From the NCBI GenBank assembly GCA_002256025.1, contig NKIB01012566.1, positions 1 to 64,000 of the forward strand: a stretch of 64,000 nt of DNA, in the 5' to 3' direction. How positions within the stretch are numbered: position 1 is the stretch's first letter; every line of letters begins with the position of its first letter. The stretch is from Asterionella formosa. Taxonomy: Eukaryota. Made by a program: the position numbers and the translations under genes. Positions 37,621 to 51,452 of this stretch are shown here, piece after piece. Under the pieces are notes generated by a model. It was given only the letters and a program-made list of their open reading frames with translations, was not told where the DNA came from and did not search any database.

Positions 37621-40600
37621 ATGAGTCCTTCTCTGGAGCGCTTACATGCCCTTTTAGTCGAAGATAAGGAGCGACAGAGAAATGAACGAGAAGACAAGGC
37701 GAAACGTACAGCATCCTTGGGACCGATTTTAGCAAAGGTAGAGAAAGTCTGGGATGCAACATTGTTGCCGTCAAAGACTGCTTTGGTCCGACCAATAACA
37801 TCTGATCTGTATCAATGCCCTCTTTCAAAACCCCAAACTATTCTGGCTCCTTGGAATTCTCTCCCAAGATCGATTCAATCTAAGTTAAACCCTCTGAATA
37901 ATAGAAATGACAGCAAAAACGCACTGGTGGAAGTTCCCAAGTCACTTCTCGTGAACACCAACGACGAAGAAGCAACAGGAAAAACAGAAACTTCATTACA
38001 GCGGAGACCCCTTGGTGGTAATCTTACAAATAAACTTAAGGAATACACAAGAGGGGCTTCCGGTCAAGTCAGACCTTTTCGACCAGGTGGAATGGATGAT
38101 GAAATTCAAAGGGATGGTGGGTGTTTCATGTCACCTCACGAAATCCACAAGTCACAACAGGTATTAGATAAGGGATCGGAAATTAGTTGGAAGGAAGGAA
38201 ATATCATTTGTGCACCACCAGGTGTCGACTTTAAAATTGTGTTGAACTGGAACAGTGTTTACGATATGAACGTCAATCACGGAGGCGAAACAAATGACCC
38301 CCGAGAAGAAACAGTGGATGAACTCGGTATTTCATCCATAAACAATAATAAAATATCAAGACCAGAAGCAATTATTCAAGATTATAGACCAGCTACAATG
38401 AGCAAGATGTGGGAGAGGAGCTTTCTCGAGGACGATTCTTTGTTTGGGGATAGTAGCAACGATGGAAGCGACGATGATGACAAAAGCGAGGATCCTACCG
38501 AAGAACCGAAAAATTATGTAACTCCTTTGTTTGAAAGTAAACCTAAAGCTGCGGAAATCGTTGTATCACCTCAAGTTGATGAAATCGATGAACTTCTTGC
38601 GCAGCTATTAATCTCAGACGAACCGAGGGCAAGAAAGGCAAGTAGAGGGATTGTAAATAATCCACTTGAACTGGCCAAAGAGCACGCAGAAATGGCACAA
38701 GATACTGGAAGGAAATCTTGGGCAGATACGCAGCTTCTGCATATCGGAGACTTCAACACTTTGATCCCAAATCCTGCCATGACATTTCCATTTACTCTTG
38801 ACGATTTTCAACAGCAAGCAATTGCCCGACTCGAAAGGTCGGAATCAATCTTTGTCGCTGCACATACATCAGCGGGAAAGACGGTGTGTGCCGAATATGC
38901 TGTTGCGCTTTGCCGGCAGCATCGAACAAGAGCTATTTATACTTCTCCGATCAAAGCACTATCGAATCAAAAGTTTCGCGACTTCTGCAAGAAGTTCGGC
39001 TCAGAAAATGTTGGGTTAGTGACTGGAGATTTGCAACTCAATGTAGATGATTCAACCTGCTTAATCATGACCACAGAGATCTTAAGATCCATGCTATACC
39101 GTGGAGCAGACTTGATTCGAGATATCGAGTGGGTTATTTTCGATGAGGTTCATTATGTCAACGATAGCGAACGTGGTGTTGTTTGGGAAGAAGTCATTAT
39201 TATGCTCCCGCAATACGTCAACCTTATTTTCTTGTCTGCCACAACACCCAACACCATTGAGTTTTCAGATTGGATAGGAAGAACGAAAAGGAAGAAAGTC
39301 CACGTGATTCGCACAAACTATCGCCCGGTCCCTTTGTCTCATTTCCTCTGGGCTGGACTCAAACTACACAAGATCATGGAGGGAAAGGGGGGATTCTTGG
39401 ACAAGGGATACAAAGAAGCGTCTCAGGCATTGCAACCACAAAAAGTCTCAAAAGACAAAGACAACGATAAATGCAAGGGAAAAAGCTCTGGGGGAAGCCG
39501 CCCTGTTACAGGCTCGAAACATCTAGCATGGCAGCAACAAGGAAACAAGAACAACTGGATTTCCCTTATTCGCTTTCTCGACAGGGAAGGACTCACACCA
39601 ATTGTAACATTTTCATTTTCGAAAAAGAAGTGCGAAGAAATAGCTGATATGTTGCGGTCTTTGGATTTGAACACATCAGCGGAGCGGAGTGCTGTTCAAG
39701 GTTTCACCATTCAAACCATTGCGCGTTTGTCTCCCAACGATGCAACATTGCCACAAGTACAGACAGTATGTGAAATGGTCCAGAGAGGGATCGGAATCGT
39801 AAGTTTTTTTCATGGATATTCTTGTTCATGATTATTGCTCACCTCGTGGCACTACGCAGCATCACGGTGGTCTACTTCCAATCTTGAAAGAGATGGTTGA
39901 AATTCTGTTTTCGAGGACCCTAATCAAGGTCTTATTTGCCACCGAGACTTTTGCTATGGGAGTCAATATGCCGGCAAGAGTCGTGGTTTTTAATTCCACC
40001 AGAAAGCACGATGGTGTTAACTTCCGGGAGTTGGAGCCCGGAGAGTACACCCAAATGGCAGGTCGAGCTGGCCGACGAGGCTTAGATAAAGTTGGAACAG
40101 TTATCGTTTGCTGCTTTGGCGAAGTACCTCCTCCCTTGCCAATCCTTCGAACAATGTTGACGGGATCTTCAACACGTCTTAAGTCCAACTTCCGATTGAC
40201 CTACAACATGATCCTAAACCTCTTGAGGGTTGAGGACATGAGTGTGGAGGGAATGATCAAGCGCTCATTCAGCGAATTTGCCACTCAACGAGCCCTGACA
40301 GCGAATGCATACCCGCAGCTACTAGCTCGCGGGGAGAAGACATTGGTGACTCTCGAAAATCAATTCAAGGAAGAGGCCGGCAACCGTGTTGGTGCCGACG
40401 ATATCGAGGATTACTTTGCAGTTTGCTCCGAGTTACTAGCAACTAACGAGGAGCTCTTTTCTTTTATTATAGACTCTGTTGGTGTAAATGGAGGGGGGGC
40501 TTTTGTTCCGGGAAGGGTCCTGCTTGTAACTGCAGCCCGAAAGCGAGGATACGTTAGGACGCCAGCGATGGTATTGAAACCTCCCGTCATGTCCGGTGGT

Positions 40601-41908
40601 TATACTGACAGTGTAGGTGCTAAATCAGTGATATGTTTGGTGTTGCTTCCCGAGAGTTATGTAGTATTGCCAGCAACGGGTCACGATGCGACAAGGAAGC
40701 CAGGAACCGTCGACTTCGTGGGCGTATGCAAACGACGACATTTTGCCATCCATGATCTCAGTCTAAGGGAAGTGCTACTTGTCTCGTCCTCAAAGTATAA
40801 GATTGACACCAGTATCATCCTGAAAGAAGACACCAATGATGTTATGACTGCTAAATTTGGTACACGCGGAAACTCCTTTGGTGGTTTCTTGCCGGCCGGA
40901 AAAGGACGAGGGGATGATTTTTGTGGCGCATTTGTGGGACTGAAACCAAGAGGGAAGAAGGGAGATAAAGAAGAAGATTTTTTTGGAAGTTCGATTAAAA
41001 AAGCAAACAACGACAGCGAGATGATTGAGGAAATAATGGGATTATTGATTGAAGCAGAAAAGACGGAAGCAGCCTCTGGCTTAAAACCCTTAGACCTACG
41101 CGATTGCGTTCAACAAGGCAGCGATATTCTGAAGTTCCGTCAGCGTTGTGGAAATATTTATGAGCTCGTGACGAGAATGAGGAGTTTCAGCTCGCACCTC
41201 CATCCGGCAATTGAGGCCCATTATACATCCTTGGAACGCAAGGAAACACTCCGCACGAGAGTCAGCACTCTAAGGCACCTTCTTTCAAACGAGTCCCTTC
41301 AACTTTTCCCTGATTTCTTACAGCGTAAGTCTGTCTTGAAAACCCTTGGCTACGTCGACGAAAACGAGACAGTATGTGTCAAGGGCAGAGTTGCTTGCGA
41401 AGTCAACACTTGCGAAGAATTAATTGTCACTGAAATGATCTTCGAAGGCGTTCTTAACGACCTCGAACCCGCCGAGATTGTAGCAGCGTTGAGTTCGCTG
41501 GTGTACCAGGCCAAGGGTAATGGTGACGAATTCGATTCGGAGCTGCCCGAAAGATTGGTCATTTGCTGCAATCGGATGAAGATGATTGCCACAAATATAG
41601 GCCAACTTCAGAAGGAACATGGACTTGACGTGGATCCTGGGGAATACTGCGACAATTGTCTTAAGTTTGGACTTGTGCATGTTGTTTACGAATGGGCGCT
41701 TGGAGTCATGTTTAGCAATATCTGCGAGTTGACTGATGCTCAAGAGGGATCTATTGTTCGTTGCATCACTCGGCTTGACGAGTTGTGTCGGGAGGTACGG
41801 AATTGTGCTAGGGTTGTTGGAAACCCAACACTATATCGCAAGATGGAGGCAGCCAGTATGGCAATCAAACGTGATATTGTCTTCGCATCAAGTCTTTACA
41901 TCACATGA
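37621..41908 (+). CDS. SKI2: SKI2 DExH RNA helicase (exosome cofactor); join(37621..39798, 39860..41908), about 1408 aa
   Basis: Ski2 N-terminal PFRPGG, AHTSAGKT, DEVH, SAT, HHGGLLPILKEMVE, QMAGRAGRRG and a DSHCT end (IKRDIVFASSLY). One GT-AG intron. Confidence 0.95.
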
Positions 41909-43438
41909 TGTATCTTGCCAACAAAGCCAAAGTGCCTGACCTATTGGATATTTTCGAATTGCTCGGGAAAATCAAAGGTCAGGTCCTCCTTTGACCATTC
42001 ATACTACAGTCGAGTGAGAAATTATGGTTTAAACTGTATTAGGAATTGAGACCATTGAATTAGAAAATCAGAGAAACAAAAATCAACATTTGTGAAAAGC
42101 ACACTTCAAACTGGGGACAACCCCAAGGGAGTCCCCCTGCTAGCTTTGCAGCTCCCTTATTAACAAAATCATGTGTCAAAAAGTTTTGTTTCATCAACTC
42201 TCACATTGTTCTTTGCAACAGAATTTGGAATATTGCAAAAATGAGGTCTGCAATGGATAGTTTTAATTTAGTAAGATCCAAGCAAAGAGAGCAACAACTC
42301 ACATTGATCTGCTATTGCTCACTACTTTCATTTGACATTTCAACAGTCCTGCTAAGAACAGGAGCAGTCTTATGAAACTAATAGCAAGTGCTGCCTGATA
42401 CTGCTGTGTTGCTGTCCAACAACAGGACTCAACAAAACAGTTGTATGGTGAGTGCTGGTTTAGTTTTTGCTTCAGCCAGTTATATTAAACAAAAAAGTTG
42501 ACACACTGATGCTATGCAAAACCTTGAGTAATCCATAATGCCTCTGTCACAAAGCTGTGCTACCAGCAGGTTCAGATGATTTCAAAGAGTGAATTGATGA
42601 CGTTCTTGATGTATGATGAACAAAAGCATCTGTCCAACATCACTTTGTCCTATTGCTTCAGCGAATGACTGCTTCTTGGTGCTACCCCTACACAAGCAAA
42701 TGCAAAGTCTCTGGACTACCGGTATTGGTAAATTGTACATATACCGTAATCTACTGGTCTTTTCCTGCTTCCTATCTGGTACTGTTGAAGCATTGCTTCC
42801 CTGTTGGTAAGCACATGATAATGCTGTGTAAATGCTTTTACTGTGCAAAAATGTAACATGTTCTCTGGTACTACATGCCAGTAGTAATTATGAAAAGAAG
42901 TAACTGGCACACCACCGCCACCACAGCAAAGGCAATGAATGGAGTACCTGGTACCAGTAAAAAACTGCTGTGAGGCTGTTGCTGATGGTGGACCAAAACG
43001 CAAACCAAACAGTGTTTGGGTTTTGATAACCCTAAAAAAAGATGCTATCAGGAGTGAAAACCCCAACGCAAATGCGTTACATTTAGGGGATTCCGTGCCC
43101 ATATCCCAAAAAGTTACCCAAACACATTATGTTTAGGGTTTTTTCTTCCCGAAGTTACCTAAACGTAGGATTCCATATTGACTACTTTGAATGTAGTCAC
43201 TAGAAACCCAATTAATTTTGTTGCAGAATCACTACATATTGCTTGGACACATCATATGCTGGTACCAGTATATCATATCTATATACAACCATAGCTATAC
43301 GGAACCGGTACTCTGGTACCAGGTACCAGGGTACCATACCACACTGGCGAGAACAACAACAACAACAACAAATCAATGCTGATTTCACCACAATCAACAA
43401 TCAAGGATGAGCGGCAATCGACAGATGTTGTTATGTTC

Positions 43439-43519
<81 letters not shown>
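43439..43519. repeat. (TTG)27 microsatellite, with a short (AAC)n at 43352-43370
   Basis: Read directly from the sequence. Confidence 0.97.
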
Positions 43520-43520
<1 letters not shown>

Positions 43521-43523
43521 CTA

Positions 43524-44510
43524 CCAGTCAAAAACTGCTTAAGACCACTATATTACCCCGTTTTTGGACTAAAATTAGAAAAATGTTCAGCGGACCTCAA
43601 TTAAAACCCTTTGAATAGAGGTCGACTAATGCATACAAGTCCTAGATAAATGAATTATTATAACAATTGGAAGTATATGTCTTACGATATCGAACTTTTT
43701 AAGTTGTTCATTTGCATTTTAGTGGTCTTAAGGCTGAGCCATTCATATATTTTTCGTCATGTATATGTATTTTTTAATGGTAAACGGTTTGGAAATTTTA
43801 CCTCATTTTCCATATTTTCTCCAATTTCTTGTGTCAACTGACATCAATTTATTATGTGTTACACATAAATCAATCTTCTGTCACCACAACTTCATTTTTT
43901 TTGTTGTCCTCTTCAACTGAGGCTGCTGGTGGCGGTATGGCTCTGGCAACTGGGACTGGTGCATTGCCACATCCCATTGTATCAATATATCTTGTAAGTA
44001 AGCAGTAGATGTTTTGTTGTAGGTAATGGTGCATCGCCAATTTGTTTGTACCAAGACAACATTGTTTTTGTTTGCAAAAAGGTGCATCAGTGTTCCTGTT
44101 TGTTAAGCGCTCTGATCACTTGCACCTTGTTCAATGTTGTTGTGTAGTTCATGACTTTCATATTTGCTTTCTCACTCTCCTTCTCCTCTGCTCTTCTTTT
44201 CGTCCTAGTCGTATCGTCCAGTGCTTCTGTTCCCAGTTTAAAGCATCCAGCCGCCACAAGAAGTCCTGCTGTATACCTTATATTTTGCGCAATTGCCCAT
44301 AGCGCCGATTCCTTCTGTTGGCGACCCATCTGATCGAGATTGATGCCATTCCTTGAATCCTCTTTGTTCCTGAATTCAATAACTTTGTCAAGAAGGGTGC
44401 CGGTGATACCTTCCTTTAGATTCAGTCCTGCTGGTGTGATGGTCAAGATAGCGGCATTCAATTCTGTCTGGGTTGCTGAAACTGCTGTCAGTTGTATTTC
44501 ATCATGAAGA
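43524..44510 (-). mobile_element. Truncated second pogo-like element (3' part)
   Basis: Terminus TA|CCAGTCAAAAACTGC. ORF 44087-44461 (ITPAGLNLKEGITGTLLDKVIEFRNKEDSRNG) is homologous to 46220-46400 (ITPDQLDLREGLSGTLTNQIVEYITREDVRNG). Confidence 0.7.
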
Positions 44511-47500
44511 AGTTTGGTCGGGAGTATATATTTACGGCACTACCGATAAATTGCGGTGAAAACTAACTAATCATAATATTTCATTTGTAAGAGTAGTCTA
44601 ATAGAAATATTTTACTTTTTTTATCATGGTTTTGTCATCCTGCGTCACAGTAGATGGGTGGTTGACAACATTTAGGATTTCCCAAAAACCGATAGCATCG
44701 TTTTTGAGTCAGTTGACCAAAACCAAAACCAATCCAAAAATAAGGTTTTGGGTTTTGGTTTGGGTCAACGGTTAGCAAGAGCCTGACCCACTAAAAAAAA
44801 TTGGAACCGCTGTGACCCACTGAACAGGAGAAAAACACGGTTTGACCCTACCAAGTGCAGATTTGTTAATTTTAAAACTTCGACCCTAATCTTGAGCATG
44901 TACGCTTTAAGGCTATGTCAATTTGATATAAGTTCATAGCAATTGGTTTCTCCTAAAATATTGGTTGAAAAGTGCGATCGACGAAAATATTGCCAGAACA
45001 CGGATTACCCCATGTTTTCAGGATTTATTGTTATATGATATATGCAGCTCAATACAAAAATACCGCTTTCGATTTATTTGTTGTATGATTCCTGTCATAT
45101 CCTTAGCCCTGTCACTTGATTGTGCCTAATAACTTGAGCATCATAAACTGGCGCCCTATCACCCATACACTTGAAAGGAAATGAGTTCATACCAGTGTAC
45201 AATTTTTAGCTCATAATATGCATCCAAACTATGGCAAAAAAGAAATCGACTGTGCCTTCGGGCAAGGCGGCTCAGTCTATTAGCAGCACAAACAAAGTGA
45301 GGATGATTGAACATTGCCTATTGAACATTTTTACAAATATGGAAGTGTTGAAAACGAACAATAATGGAAAACTACCATTTGGCGCAATTTCTTGTGCTGT
45401 GCACGATGTACAAGAACTTGTCCCATGGGTGACTACACAGAAAGTGAAATACTTTCAAAGGAAAATAAGGTTATCTGGTGGCACCAGTAGCTACCAGCAC
45501 GGACAAACAGCCTGAGGAGGATGAGCAAGAAGAATCACAAGAAAGCGAAATATCTATGCTGACAAAGGAAGGTGTAGAAAATTACAGCTATAGCAGAAAA
45601 AATGATCATCATTCTTCCATTACTACTATGATTATGTCTACAAGTTCTAGTTTGTCTCCTGCCAGGCAGCACTACTACTGCATCAACTGAAAGCAGCAGC
45701 ACCATTTCTGCCGCTACAACCCTGCCCTATGGTGGTCATCCAAAGAAAAAGTGAAAGAATGTATTTCCAATTCGGCAGCAGAATATGTGAGGGTGAGAGA
45801 AGAGGAAAACAAAAAAGGAGGAGGAGAATCACAAGTGAAGAGAAATACACTTACCTGTATAAAACTGAGAGAAAACGAGGCGCTTGGTATGTCAATATTA
45901 ATTTCGAAACAGTTAGAACACGTGCAAAAAGAAAAAAAATCAAGGAACAAACACAGCTCGCCTCTCACCTATGCTTGAAGTGGAACCTTACATTGTGGAG
46001 CTCATTGATCATTTGGGTAAAATGCGTTCACCCATCACATGCCGAGACAGACTGCAACTTGCAAATTCACTTCTTGGGAAAAAAGTTTTGCGAGATTACG
46101 CACAAACAAAAAAGTGGTAGCAGAGCGAGGCTGGGGACCTTTGAACTATAATTGTTTGTTGAATCCTGAAATACAGCTAACGAAATTTGGTATGCGTTGT
46201 CCCATTGAAAAGAATCTCACACAGTAACAGAAACTCTATTACACCTGACCAGCTCGACCTGCGAGAAGGACTTTCAGGAACTCTTACAAATCAAATAGTT
46301 GAATACATAACCAGAGAAGATGTGCGAAATGGTAATGATGCAGCAGAACATGCCAGGAAAAGAAAGCAAACAGCACAAGCAGCAATTGACACACACAAAT
46401 GAATGACCACAGGACTGCACTTTGCTGTGGGAAACACTTGTCCAGGACCATCGCTTTTTGAGCATATGCTGGAAATCAAATGCCAGCATGAAATCCAGGA
46501 ACAAAAAAAGGAGCGGAAATTGAATCACCGGTTTTTTGAATTGTCACAGAAGATTCAGGCCATCAGAGAGACTGGAAAGGAAGCTGGAAGCTACAACAAT
46601 GTAGCTGAACTGAAAACAATGGTGACATGGTATAAGCGCGACGGCGATGCGCCGCTTCCAATAACCAGACAGAACTTGTTGGCAAGATACTTGGAGACTT
46701 GTTGCCGTGGAGAAAAGGATTCTCCATATCCAATTCGGCCTCTCGATGTTGTGCTTGTGGGAGGGCAGGAGCTTAGAAGGGATGAGGGCGATAGTGCAGT
46801 GGTGTTGATAGGTGCAAGCATTTGATGTGGCTGAATGCATTTGTGTGTGATTGTGATATAAATACTGGATGCGAAAATTTTCACAAAAATAATTTTGCGA
46901 AAACCAAATGGGGTAATCTGTGATCATAAAGGTATATTAATTTTTATGCAATTATAGATAAAAATTTAAGTACTGCTGTGACCCATTTCTGTACAGGCAA
47001 ATTTTGTCCTCATAAAAGGGTTCGTATCTCAGTAGTCTACCTCGACCTTCAATGAGAACATTGATAGATCAACAGCCTGCTGACTCCTTTGGTTGACAAG
47101 ACCTGGAAGTTTGATTCTCGCAAGGCATGGAATAGGTTTAGTCGAACTAATCAAACGAATAGGAGAACTCAGTAAGGTGTTTCACAGCAGTTCTTTACTG
47201 GTACCCTGGTACCGGTAGCTATTTTCATACCACATGATGCATGGGGAGTAAATATCAGCTCGACATTCGTTACTGGTGTCGCAACCGGTACATAGTCTCA
47301 CAGTACATACTGGTCCATGCAATATTTTCGGTCATAAATGGCAATAAATGAAACAGAAAAGGTGGCATCCGGATATCTTATAATACTTGACATGATGCAT
47401 ATAGCAAGCAGTCTTATGCATTATTACACACTAATAAGTGGTGCTACATGTGTCGGTACCTGGTACCAGGTACCACCTTCCCTGTGGCAGGCATTGCACT

Positions 47501-48048
47501 GGCTGTTGGGCGGTATACCTCTCACGCCAGTCGCCACTCAATATGTAGTAGACTATAACATGATATTTATGTACATGGATGATGACACTAACAGTATCGC
47601 GACGAGACTATTATATATACCGGTATCTATGATCCAACAAACGACAGGAGTTTTTCTTCATACACATCATCCGTTGTATAGAGCTACTTAATCAATCACA
47701 CCTGTTGCTCTGTCGATTTCATCGTCGACTTTTCTGCTCTCGTCGATCTCATTGTCGCGCTATTTCACACCCAAGGTGTGTAGCTGAGTACTTAAGTGCT
47801 TTCTTGCGGCCTCATTGAAGCGAAGATATTGTGATTGTTTCAAAACAAGGTAAGGGTCACTCGTCGTCTTTCGGTCATTTCCAGTTTTTATTAGCATTGC
47901 AGGCACAAAAATATTAGTTGAGGTTTGGGGGATATTTGACCCGACGACACACGGCTTTTCAATTTTTTTCTATTTCTGACTTTTTCTACATTTAGAATTG
48001 TGGCCATTACCGTTCGAGAGAGCAATTGTTTTCCTTACCTTAATCGAG

Positions 48049-48705
48049 ATGAACACGAACGACGAATTGGAAGCAATTGAGCGCGCGGCGAACAACACTT
48101 CCCCAATGCCTGAACGACCAGAATCAGTGCAAGTTCCTGCCCCAGCTCGAGCTCCGGCCCCAAAAGGACGTCGGCGTGGATCGTCCAATTTTACAATGCC
48201 CAAGGGTCCCATGATGGAGACAAAGCCAGTGGCAGAACCTCCTCCTCCAGTCGGCGATCGTCTCTTGGAACCTTTCGGCCAGCGTGGAGGCGAAAAACCT
48301 GCTGGGACAGGTTCCAGGACTGATGGGCCCGCGGAAAAGGACTTATATGGTGATTCAAAAAGAGCCCCCGTAGCTGTTCCGCCAGCTGTTGTTGAATCTG
48401 CACCAAAGCGTGGATCCGTGGTTATGAAGCCGATGCCTTTTGGAGGCTTGGTGGACTTTGAAGACTCTGACTTTGATGATTCAGATGAAGACGACGAAGA
48501 CGACGATGATGTGCACCTTCCAGGAAGGCCAATGTCCGTGGCTAGTAATGCTGCTGCTGTGGGAGGCCCAAACCACCGTCCCCTGGTTGGGGGTTTCGCT
48601 GCTGCCGCTTATGAAGCTGCGAGGGCGCACCACTATGCCAGTATTAATCAGGGCGAGGAAAAGGTTTCCATGCCGAAGCGAGCTGGTCCTCCTCCCTCCA
48701 TTTAG
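48049..48705 (+). CDS. Hypothetical Pro/Asp-rich protein, 218 aa
   Basis: Clean ORF from ATG 48049 with gene-like composition and a conserved-looking tail (HRPLVGGFAAAAYEAARAHHY). Probable 5'UTR intron at about 47850-47996. Confidence 0.75.
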   Translation: MNTNDELEAIERAANNTSPMPERPESVQVPAPARAPAPKGRRRGSSNFTMPKGPMMETKPVAEPPPPVGDRLLEPFGQRGGEKPAGTGSRTDGPAEKDLYGDSKRAPVAVPPAVVESAPKRGSVVMKPMPFGGLVDFEDSDFDDSDEDDEDDDDVHLPGRPMSVASNAAAVGGPNHRPLVGGFAAAAYEAARAHHYASINQGEEKVSMPKRAGPPPSI

Positions 48706-50552
48706 AAATTAAAAGGAGGATCCTATTTCTGTTTGAATCTTTGTGTTTGAACATTGCTGAACGGTAGAGATTTCAAGAATTAGGAACAATTCCACACAAA
48801 CATAAGAAAAAAGAAAGCCAACAACTGCGTTTTATATGATCATGTTCTACACTCTCTCAAGCAATAAATAGTAACAGTAGAGCAGTTTACCCACTTATGG
48901 TAATGTACCCGGTTGATACATAGAAGTCCCAGCTCAATGGCAACTTAATTTGTCAGCTCTACACTTCACGAAGGCATATCTCAACGAGGCAGGGGGAAAG
49001 CAATGCTCAGAGAACTTATCAGTGATAGCATGTTGCTAATTAATGGTGAGAGGAAATGGTTCAATGGTCCCAGAAAATGCTCTTTTTTCCGTAGTAGCAA
49101 TGACAGAATACACATCGTCTAGTGAGTTTGATAGCCCCTGCAGATAGTATTAGTGATCAAGTTACCAACTGATCTACTATATATACTATATGGATGGATT
49201 ACAAATTTTCAACAAATACGGCTGACTACTACATGGGCTACATCTGTGCCGACTTTCACATTGAGTTACAAATAAACAAGGTGGTTTTGAGTCCGGAGCA
49301 CCAGGTACACTAAAGTGGACACTACCGGTAAACTGTCAATTTACATAATGCTGGATGGACCCACACCGGAAATTTTCGAACTGCAGTGACCCCCAATTGT
49401 GCTATGGTATGATAAGCAAGTCTTGATGGAAAAATCATCATGAATATTCTAGTCCTATATAGGGATGCCCTTTGAGCATAAACTGCATCACACCAAGAAA
49501 TCCAACAATTCTTGCCATTGTTAACAACAATTCCTCATTTTAAAGAATCATTTATCATACAAATGAAAATTCTGATCTTTGTTCCATACATTTATGTTTT
49601 AGTCGAAGTAGGGAAGTAGATTTTATAAGCCACCATCACATTGCTTGACATTCCTAAAATGCTGTTACAACGGCAAAAATGCAAAATCACTTGTGCAACT
49701 AATCCCCTTTCCCTTCTGTAGCAATTACTGCAACATTTTCTCCTGCAGCATCAATAATCATGCATCATTCAATCACATCTTGGTTGTTATTTTGCTTTCA
49801 TCATTTTGAGCATGACTAAAAAATATTTGTGTTTTGGTGAGTTTCCTTAGCAGGGAGTATGTAACCCATCACAAATCATGGATGTTATCATGCCCCAGAA
49901 CAAGTTAAAGGATAAAAGTAATGGTATACTAGCAGAATGTAGAATCATCGCTAGAACAAAATGCAACCATACATTATTCCATACTGATTACATTTTCTAT
50001 TGTTATACCAGTACATGATCTCATGGCGAAATTTATAGGAATTTTCTGAAATTTAAACAAGGTGATGGGAATTTCCTGAACCTCAAAATCATTTCTTGAA
50101 AGTCATGGTCATATCATGCTGTTTTCTCATTTTGCCACTGGAGGAGTCTAGCTATTTATTTCGCTGTGTCATGCTATGCAAAGAAGACATTCTCTAAATA
50201 AGATAAAATATAGACCTGTCCGGAGACACTTATATACTGACTGTTTCAGGAAAACGACCGAAACTTATGTACTGGTACGACCCTGACATCACCCACCTTA
50301 CATACGTCATCTCGACCTTACAAGCGGCGAGCACGTGACTAAATAAGAAAACCATGATTGTTGAGGATCATTCATCATCAGCAACAGCCGTGTTTCCATC
50401 AGCAGCATGCATTAGCTCGCCGGTGTAGACTAACTATCGGGTAGCAATCCTATCAGGGAACCTGGTACCAGGTACTGTACTGGACTGCTTGCATGAACCC
50501 TATGGCTACCATGTAATCCTACATGGTTTTTAGTTGAAGCCATTGCCTCGTC

Positions 50553-51452
50553 ATGCAGCAATTGTCCTTGTCTCAGTTGGAACAGTTTTCTCGCGATGGC
50601 TTCCTTTTGATACGTGCTGTCTTGGATACCTCCAACTGCGCTAAGTTTGATGAAGAAGTTCTACAGCCTGCACTGCAATCTTATGGAGGTGTTCACCAAC
50701 TAGACCCTTCGACATGGACGAACTCAAAATTGATGTCAATGGCGACAGGAGAGTATGATCAAACATCTCAAGGACCAATACCAGGAGCCATGATCCGGAA
50801 AGGAGAACCCGGGTCGTGGGAAGACCCAATTCCAGACGAGAAATGCCTGGACATGACACCTCTGCACCCCATTCTAAATCAACTGCACGGCGATTCGACA
50901 TCTTGGAGATGGATACACTCCAATCTAGGATGGATTCACGTCCGTTTTCCTCTTCAACAACATTGCAAACACGAGAAGCAATGGCATATTGATGGAGGCC
51001 ATTTTAGTCCACATTTCATGAATTCAACAGAACAATCAGTGATAATCCTTCCCATGATTCGGCCTATCGGCAAGGGTGGTGGGAATACGTGTGTACTAGC
51101 CAAGAGTCATGTGTACATTACTCATTTGCTTTACGCATCTGGCGAACATGGGATATCAAAAGATATTACCCAAGACTGCCGCAATCTTGCTAAAGTGTGG
51201 CCAGAAGAGCAAATCATTGAGGTTGAACCTTGTGGTGCGGGAGATGTGCTATTATTGCATCCATTCGTGGTACATGCCGCTGGATTCACTCAATCGAATC
51301 ACCCATTAAGAATTACATTTAACATGGGTACTCAATGGACTCGGCCGGTTTTACGCTACGGCGACTCCAGCTGGCTCGAACGTTTCATTTGGGACGCTTT
51401 ACAGGAAAGCCCCGTAGAGGTAAATGCGCCTCACCCCTTTGCTCTGTATTGA
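50553..51452 (+). CDS. Phytanoyl-CoA dioxygenase (PhyH)-family 2OG-Fe(II) oxygenase
   Basis: LEQFSRDGFLLIR N-terminus, WHIDG (HxD), and GDVLLLHPFVVHAAG...RITFN (distal His and 2OG-binding Arg). Confidence 0.88.
   Translation: MQQLSLSQLEQFSRDGFLLIRAVLDTSNCAKFDEEVLQPALQSYGGVHQLDPSTWTNSKLMSMATGEYDQTSQGPIPGAMIRKGEPGSWEDPIPDEKCLDMTPLHPILNQLHGDSTSWRWIHSNLGWIHVRFPLQQHCKHEKQWHIDGGHFSPHFMNSTEQSVIILPMIRPIGKGGGNTCVLAKSHVYITHLLYASGEHGISKDITQDCRNLAKVWPEEQIIEVEPCGAGDVLLLHPFVVHAAGFTQSNHPLRITFNMGTQWTRPVLRYGDSSWLERFIWDALQESPVEVNAPHPFALY

Larger units (their letters stand above)
42974..44783. mobile_element. PIF/Harbinger-like non-autonomous element with 3-bp TGA TSD
   Basis: TIRs GGCTGTTGCTGATGGTGGACCAAAACGCAAACC and GGCTCTTGCTAACCGTTGACCCAAACCAAAACC (25/33). 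TGA at 42971-42973 and 44784-44786. Confidence 0.75.
42954..47201 (+). mobile_element. Internally deleted Tc1/mariner (pogo-like) element, relative of MITE family A, interrupted inside its left TIR
   Basis: TA|CCAGTAAAAAACTGCTGTGA ... TCACAGCAGTTCTTTACTGG|TA. Transposase-like N- and C-terminal remnants at 45231-46825 (ERGWGPLNYNCLLNPEI; ELKTMVTWYKRDGDAPLP). No DDE core seen. Confidence 0.75.

Noticed and set aside
43376..43618. Poly-Leu and poly-Cys ORFs
   Set aside because: These are translations of the (TTG)27 microsatellite.
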